Positions 56,528 to 64,000 of a stretch of DNA of 64,000 bases are shown piece after piece. This DNA comes from Eledone cirrhosa (lineage: Eukaryota): NCBI GenBank assembly GCA_964016885.1, contig OZ024747.1:78678001-78742000 (forward strand). The letters run 5' to 3'. Position 1 is the stretch's first letter, and each line of letters begins with the position of its first letter. The notes beneath the pieces are model-generated. The model saw nothing but the letters and a program-made list of their open reading frames with translations, did no database searches and was not told the origin of the DNA. Both the position numbers and the translations under genes were made by a program.

Positions 56528-56922
56528 CATACACACACATATATATTTATGTATGTACATGTGTGTGAGTGTGCGTGCATATGCAAATGCTGAGTGTGTG
56601 CATGATCACATAGAAGAGAATGAAATGAAGCTGTTATATCAGTAACAACTGTTACAACAGTAATATGCTACACATATGACCTCAGATCAAAAGAATTAGA
56701 CAATTGAAAGTTTGGGGTCATGCTTAGAGAAAAAGTTGATGAAACACAGCAAAAAGGGGTTAGCTGAAATCCCTAACAGGTTCAGTTTGCCAGTCTAGTT
56801 CCACACACCATGCTGTTGTAAAATTGGAAATGCAAGGCCAAAAAATCAGAAGGTGCCTAAAATGCTTTTTTTTTGTTCTTCATTTCATTTTTTTTTTTAA
56901 TAACAAATAAATGGATGCTTAC

Positions 56923-57041
56923 CGGTTTTACGTAATGGAAAATCATCTTCATATTTCCCAAGTAGAGGTGATGGACCGTAGGGTGGTGACAAACCACTTT
57001 GTGGAGGAGAATTCTGTTCGACTGACCCTGGGTGACCCACC
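56923..57041 (-). CDS. HDAC4: HDAC4 exon ending in DDFPLRKT (first half of the S246-type 14-3-3 site)
   Basis: atttAG acceptor, GTAAG donor. 119 nt, phase 2 to 1. (W)VGHPGSVEQNSPPQSGLSPPYGPSPLLGKYEDDFPLRKT(A). Confidence 0.96.
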
Positions 57042-59163
57042 CTAAATATTAAATAAAAACATGCATTAGAAAATGAATAGAGAACAAATAAAGCTACAAA
57101 TATCCTCATAAGTTGCACCTTTTTTTATGAAAACCAAACAAAAAACTGTAACTTTTCTATTGGACTTACAAAAAATTATGTAAATTAACTCTTAACATAC
57201 TGTACTGCATGAAACTGCGTTAACACAACATTCTTACAAAGTACAAAACATCACTATAACTGCATCACACAAAAAATTGAAGTTTTTATTTTAGATAAAA
57301 GCAAATTTTCACAGCAGTCAGTCAACTAGTAAAGATACTATAAACATTTGTATTAACAAAACAATTTTTAAATATTTTCTGCTAAATCATTTCAGGATGT
57401 TAAATTTAAGGACTGAACAAAGAATGCTGTACGTAAAATAAGGATGCAACTTATACAGGAATATATATGGTAGATGTAGTTATGTCTTACAGAATACTTC
57501 CATTAAGACTTTTTTTATCATATTTCTGAGGAAAGAGACTGTCAAAAATGTTCAAATAATTTTGAAAATAATATAAGATTTTGAGGGATCCAGTAAAATT
57601 TCTCTTTCTTAAACTGGTATTTAATTGTAGAACCGACCGGTTTCAGGTATTTTGGTTATCAAAGGAGTTAAATATTTATTCCTTTTTACCACTGTAAGGA
57701 TAATAATTAACCCACTCATCAGTAGAGTGTTAGTCAATGGCATATAATTTGTTTGTTGAACCAGTTGATATGTTTATTTTGATAAACTAAGTCAACTAAA
57801 CTTAACTACATTGTTTAAGAACACCACAAGTAGTTTTCTGTAGATATAAAATCAGGTATTGTTCAAACACCAACTCTTTAGTAGTTACCACACAATTTTC
57901 ACATAACCAGGTGTATGATGTAATGATTATTAACATTTGGGCCTTCTTTATATAGATGAGGTCAAATAAATACATCATTATGGCTGTCATGAAAGACAAC
58001 ACATGGGTATTTAGCATCCAAGACTAGCTTGACAAAGTTTCAATAATTCCAACTTTGTAAGTTTGGCAAGTTGACAAAACTTCCTTTTCGACATATTTTG
58101 CTCTGACCATACTAAAAAAATTACAAAGCTAGCACTTTCTACTATACAGTCCACACTAACCATTCTGTCTAATTTTGGACACACACAACAACACATAAAA
58201 CTGACTGGCTTCTGGTGGTGGCAAGGTATAATTGAGAGTGATTTGGCTGATAATTCTAACAGGTTGAGCAACCATAGACGCTTCGTGTTGGCTCACAATG
58301 CACGTACATTTTATTCATGTGAAGTGACTGTGTCTTAGCACTGGTGAATAAAACATGGTTGTCACATTCCTATTGCTTATAGAAATACTGCAAGTATATC
58401 AAGGTTGCATGTGGATCATGATTTTGTGTAGGAGGCTAAGGTAAAATGAAGATGAAACAAAGAATGATAATTATATAAGAGTGTGTTTCTGCTTAGAAGT
58501 GGCAGAAAGACGGGGTTTTTTTTATGTACAAAACGAATTTAGTTTCAGTTTTTTTCCAACCCATTCAATGATGAAAGGAAAAGATGTAAAATGATTCCTA
58601 AACAAAACTTGGTTATAATATCAACTTATTTCGCTCGTATTCAAACTAAAGACCACATACTCTAACTCATGTGAAGACGTTTTTCACTGTTTTACAAACA
58701 TTTGTCTATTCTTGTATTAAATGGCATCTATTTTTGTTAGAGAAATTTTGTCTACAGTCATTTGCTCTTCTCATTACTAAGAATGGAAGTTGCTTTACAT
58801 CAGACAATTGATGCAAGTCAAGTTATGTGTTTTACCCAGGGGAATAACATACCAGCGATAGTGAGGTTTACTTGTTACTATGTGGTCAGTAATTCAGCAC
58901 CTTAACTGTAGTTGTTACATCTACATATTAACTCTTTCATGATAATATATCTAATAAAATACACTGTATTTCATTAATAAAGTATTTGGAAGGAATTTTA
59001 AAAAATGATTAATCATTTCATTGTTAAAATAGTATTTGTAACATAACATATAAAATTATATTGGAAGATTTTATTTCAAAAAGGCACCCTTTAAACATTA
59101 TAATTTTATTTCATAGAACCAGTGGTGGTTTTGGGCAGGTTTAGAAAATAAAATGTAGCTTAC

Positions 59164-59278
59164 CAATGCCGGAACTGTGGTGGAGAATTTGTCATGTTGC
59201 TTGCTGCTGCTTCTCTTTGTTTCTTTGTCAGGACAAATTCCTGTAACTTTTGTTTCACCTCAGTGGAAGCTATAGCGC
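59164..59278 (-). CDS. HDAC4: HDAC4 exon with MEF2-binding motif
   Basis: tttctAG acceptor, GTAAG donor. 115 nt, phase 1 to 2. (S)AIASTEVKQKLQEFVLTKKQREAAASNMTNSPPQFRH(W) matches the class IIa motif SAVASTEVKxKLQEFVL. Confidence 0.97.
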
Positions 59279-59991
59279 CTAGAAATAAAGTTTATGAAAT
59301 AAAAGCTGTTCAATATATCCAAAACATCAATGTATATAAACACTGGCTATGAAAAACTAGTATGTACCAATAAGAGATTAACTCAATGTCCTATACTATA
59401 TGAAACCATATTAGAAACACATTCCTGAAAAGTACAAAATAACACTATGACTGCATCATCTTAAAAATTAAGGTCTTTTCTCTAATACTACAGATTTTTA
59501 CTATGATCTCTCTGTCTACTAGTAAAAATACTATAAACATATGAATTAACAACTCCTGTTTAGATATTTTCTGCTAAATTATTAGAGGCGGCTAAGAGTT
59601 TTAAAAAAGTATATACATCAATCATAAATAAAGAATTCAATTTACTTTCAACCAATTACTTTTAAAAAAAAACTAAAGGAAGACCAGTGATCCTTGTCCA
59701 GATTCCCAGTGTTAGTAAAATGCATACAAGTGGAAATCAGATTGAAAGGGATAAATACAGAAAAAAAGTTTAATTAACCCTTTACCATTTACACTATTGT
59801 ATTTTCGTAATAAATGCTTTACCTCACATAATATTAAATCAATGAGATTTTGATGTTACTTATTTGGAGAACAATAGCTTAACATAAGTACAAGTAGCCA
59901 GTTACAACCAGTTTAAACAGAAAAAGGTGAAAGAATTCTGGCCAGATATGGCTGGTTTAAATGCGAAAAGTTTAAAGCCAAAATAACTTAC

Positions 59992-60100
59992 TTTCTTCAT
60001 CTTTATTCTTATTCTTTATTTTTTCTAAACGTTCCTTCTCCATCATCTCCTTTTCTATCCGTTGCTGCTGTTCTTTCTTCTTTTGCTGCTCCATATATAC
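59992..60100 (-). CDS. HDAC4: HDAC4-type class IIa HDAC, internal exon 1 in window (end of Gln/Glu-rich helix)
   Basis: Acceptor ttgtAG (60101-60102) and donor GTAAG (59991-59987). 109 nt, phase 0 to 1. Translates VYMEQQKKKEQQQRIEKEMMEKERLEKIKNKNKDEE(S), similar to vertebrate HDAC4 ...KNKEKGKESAVAS. Confidence 0.92.
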
Positions 60101-60500
60101 CTACAACAACAACATATTAGTTCAACATACTGTCAGACATATATATATACATACATAACATATTAGTTCGACATACTGTCAGACATATATATATACATAC
60201 ATAACATATTAGTTCAACATACTGTCAGACATATATATATACATACATAACATATTAGTTCGACATACTGTCAGACATATATACAACAACAACGTAGTTC
60301 AACATACTGTCAGACATATATATATACGTACATAACATATTAGTTTGACATACTGTCAGACATATATACAACAACAACATAGTTCAACATACTGTCAGAC
60401 ATATATATACAACATATTAGTTAGACATACTGTCAGACATATATATACATACATATAACAACATATTAGTTAGAAACATATATACCTACAACAACATTAA
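60092..60500. repeat. 46-bp minisatellite overlapping the exon acceptor region
   Basis: catattagttc(a/g)acatactgtcagacatatatatatacatacataa at 60113, 60159, 60205 and 60251, followed by shorter variants. Confidence 0.92.
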
Positions 60501-60564
60501 TTAGACATTCTAAGTTTTAGGACACAAACAATCAGTAAAGATCAGCACAGACACACACACATCC

Positions 60565-60896
60565 TCATCATCATTTTACGTCCGCTTTTCGCTGCTTGCA
60601 AGGGTGAGACGGGAACTGATTCTGGCTTGATTTCTACAGCTGGATGCCCTTCCTAACAGCAACCTCATTTACAGTGAGTGCTGGGTGCTTTTTTGCCGTG
60701 GCGCCTACACGACCACTTTGCAGTGGAATGATAGAGACCCCAGTCCCTATCATCTCATTTTTACAGCTGAGTAAACTGGAGCAATGTGAAATAAAGTGTC
60801 TTGCTCAAGGAAACAACACATCACCCGGTCTGAGAATTGAACTCACAACCTTTCGATTACAAGGCCAATGCTCTAACCACTAAGCCATGTGCCTCC
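60565..60896 (-). mobile_element. SINE family B, full length
   Basis: Near-identical reverse complement of 53507-53850. It explains ORF 60644..60883. Confidence 0.9.
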
Positions 60897-61516
60897 ATAT
60901 ATATATACATAGAATGGACTTCTCCAGTTTCTGTCAACCAAATTTCACTCACAAAGCATTAGTCAACCCAACACTATAGTAGGAGATACTTTCCCAAGAT
61001 GCCACGCAATAGGACTGAACCTGTAATCACATGATTGTGGAGTAAACTCCTTAACCAAACAGATGTTTTCAACTTGGATAGTTACATAAATTTCTACACC
61101 ATAAAAACTATTTATTACATAACCTTTTACCATTTTCCTCTTCCAGATTACAGTCATGTTTTCTATTAAATATTTATTTTTAAATTATTTTTATAATCAA
61201 CACAAATTTTAGCATTGTCTATATAAGTTGAACTCTATTTTCGTTCCAGACATAAAATATTTATATAATTGGATTTTACTTGCTATTATTATATTGCTTG
61301 TAAATTAGAGTTCTTTATGAGTAAACTAAAAATGTAGGTCTCTATTTTAATGTTTAATTCAAAGAGAATAATAATAACACAGTTGCTTGTTGATATTTGA
61401 TGACATCTAACCATTTCTAGACTGTCTAATATAATACACTCCATTAATTAATGAAGAATTATTTCATTATTGAAATAGTAACATAACTTACTGTTCTTGT
61501 ATTAAAATATCTTTAT

Positions 61517-61740
61517 TTAACCCTTTAGCATTTACATTACTCTAAATTTGCTACTGCATTTTCAGAATAAAAGCTTTATCTTACATAATTATCAAGTATC
61601 GAATCTATGAGATTTTGATGTTATTCATTTTGAAAACAATAGCTTAATGTAGGTATGTGTGGCCAGTTACAGCTGGTTTCAACTGAAAGAGGTGAGAGAG
61701 TTCTGGCCGGATACAGCCAGTTTAAATGCTAAAGGGTTAA
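61517..61740. mobile_element. piggyBac-like MITE (TTAA TSD, 14-bp perfect TIR)
   Basis: TTAA-CCCTTTAGCATTTA ... TAAATGCTAAAGGG-TTAA. A diverged sister copy lies at about 59775-59975. Confidence 0.8.
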
Positions 61741-62178
61741 TCAGGAACCCTTTAAAATGGGTGGCTTTGTTTCATAGAACCAGAGCCAGTTTAGAGCAGG
61801 TTGATATTAAAAGGATTAAATATGTTTTAAGAGGTAAAATCTCTCTCCCATGACAGCAACACATTGAAGGGGGTATTCCTATGATCAGTGAGTAACATCT
61901 CATTGTAATTTTGGTGTGGCAAATTAATAGAGATTTCCAATAAGATGCCTTGTATTCATTCTGGTACATTGCTTTCTAAGTTACTTAGCAATGTGTGTGT
62001 GTGTCTGTGTGAGAGTGTGTGTGTGTTAGGAATGGCATCCAGTTGTGAAAACCAAGTCAAAATCAGTTCTGTATGAGCAAGACATGGCCACCTGACTTAG
62101 CATTGCCCACAACAGGACAACTAGTCTAACCCATGCTAACCTGGTTAAATGGACATAAAATCCTTTTTAATCTTTGTT

Positions 62179-62218
<40 letters not shown>

Positions 62219-62302
62219 GCATGGAACAGTGCTTTTGTTACTGTATGAACATTAATAAATAATATATCAGCTCTCTACCTGATTGAGCACTGTTTTCCTT
62301 TG

Positions 62303-62340
<38 letters not shown>

Positions 62341-64000
62341 TATATGCGTTCACTGCCCATGTCTCGCTACCATGCAGCATGACACTTCACACACAGGCAT
62401 TTTACAGCTGACCTTTCATTCGCAAGGAGAAACGTTTTATTGTTACTAATTCTATAAAATTCTTCCATCCTGTCCTTATTCTAGCTACTATGCTCTCTGA
62501 ACAGCCTCCTCCACTGATAATTATATCACCTAAAGTTATATTCCTTATTTCAATATTAAGATGGTATTTGTAACATAACAGAAGTAAAATTGTATTGGAA
62601 GGTTTTATTTTAAACAGAAACCGTCTGAAACGGGTTGTTTTGTTCCGTAGAACCAGAAGCAGGTTGGTTTCAAAAGTATTACACTGAAATATTCATCGTT
62701 ATATGAACCCAAGAGCAAGATTCAAGGTTAGAGAACTCTTTCTTATCTTCACAAGTGAAAATAACAAAGTGGAAAATAATATACAGAAGTTATGTCCCTT
62801 GCAACATTTCCTTCTATCTGTTGTATACAATATTTTATAGAAGTAAATTTTCACAACTCTCACAGAAGCAATATTAATTTCTAATATCTATTTTTGCACA
62901 TAATATGCACTACCTCTTTAAACAAATGATAATCTAGGTTAAGTTTTTATTTTTATTTATTCAATAGTGAGCTTCTGTTTATCAAATATTTCAGAATACA
63001 CTGTCCCATTTTTTTAATATGATAATTAATTCAGAGGAATATGTTTGGCTTCACATTCCATTGCAATAACTACAAGAACAATATCACAGACAGGGACTAC
63101 AAGTATATTCTAGACTAGGAATCTTCAAATTTAAAGGGTTATAGCATCATGAAGAACATCCAGCCCCCAAAAGTCCTGTCCAACCCGTGATAGCATGGAA
63201 AGGTCAGTGTAAAAAAGATGATGATGGGATATCCATCAATGGGTTAACAGTAGTAACAATTTTAATGAAAGAAATCGAATGGATTTTTCTAACATCATAT
63301 AAGTTTAATTATTCCAAACAAAAATCAAAACTGAGTTTCATTTTCATATGAAGCTGAAAAATTGCCAAATTCCAAGGATTTGCTATGATCTGCTCATTAC
63401 AAGAAAGCAAGTAGCCTACTGGTTAGGGTGTTGAACTCTTCATCATATGGTCATGGGTTTGATTCCTGGACTGAGTGGCATATTATGTGCTTAGACAAGA
63501 TGCTTCATTTCACATTACTTCAGTCTACTCAGTTGAAAAATAAATCAGGACCAGCATCTGGCATCCAGTCCAGAGAAGGGCAGAGTTTTTATGATAGGAT
63601 TGTGACCTTTATTATTAAAACACACATGATAAAAATCCTTGCAAACAATAAATCTAAAAATTATAAATTTAAATTGTGCAACTAACATGATACAGTACTT
63701 CCAAATAAAGACTCCCTTTGGTAATAGCTGATTATCATTTAGCACCTAGAAAGATGCTCTCTAAAGTGCAAGACTAGGTAAGGTGAGTTGTGGAAAGCCA
63801 GCAGTTACTCATATCGGCAAGTCTCTTCTCTCCACATCACCAATGTTGCTTACAGGAAAAGCAAATGCCTTTACAGCCTGGTATAAGTGATATCGCAGGC
63901 AAACCAAAGCAATGTGAAATGAAGTGACTTACTCAAGGAAAAATGCCGCGTGCAGTTTTAGAATAAAAACCATGCCCTTATGATCATAAGCCCCAAACCC

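Overview
AT-rich eukaryotic genomic DNA, dense in microsatellites, SINEs and MITEs. The repeat landscape resembles a cephalopod (Octopus-like) genome, which is an inference. The window lies inside one minus-strand gene, a class IIa histone deacetylase (HDAC4 type). I reconstructed nine consecutive coding exons (60100 to 15495) with canonical GT-AG ends and consistent phases. They encode the end of the Gln-rich helix, the MEF2-binding motif, the NLS, three 14-3-3-type sites (RKTASEP, TSPSMP, RTQSAP) and a polyQ tract. I found neither the first exons nor the catalytic-domain exons here. The introns hold two tRNA-derived SINE families, RTE-type LINE relics, TTAA-flanked piggyBac-like MITEs, minisatellites and several fold-back inverted repeats. 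The most notable find is a (TA)n-embedded 142-bp inverted repeat (14684-15107) carrying a Penelope-type type I hammerhead ribozyme motif in each arm. The single difference between the arms is the catalytic G12, which is lost in the copy lying on the HDAC4-sense strand. A second sense-strand hammerhead relic (34358-34393) is also core-mutated. Almost all ORFs in the supplied track are microsatellite or repeat artefacts.
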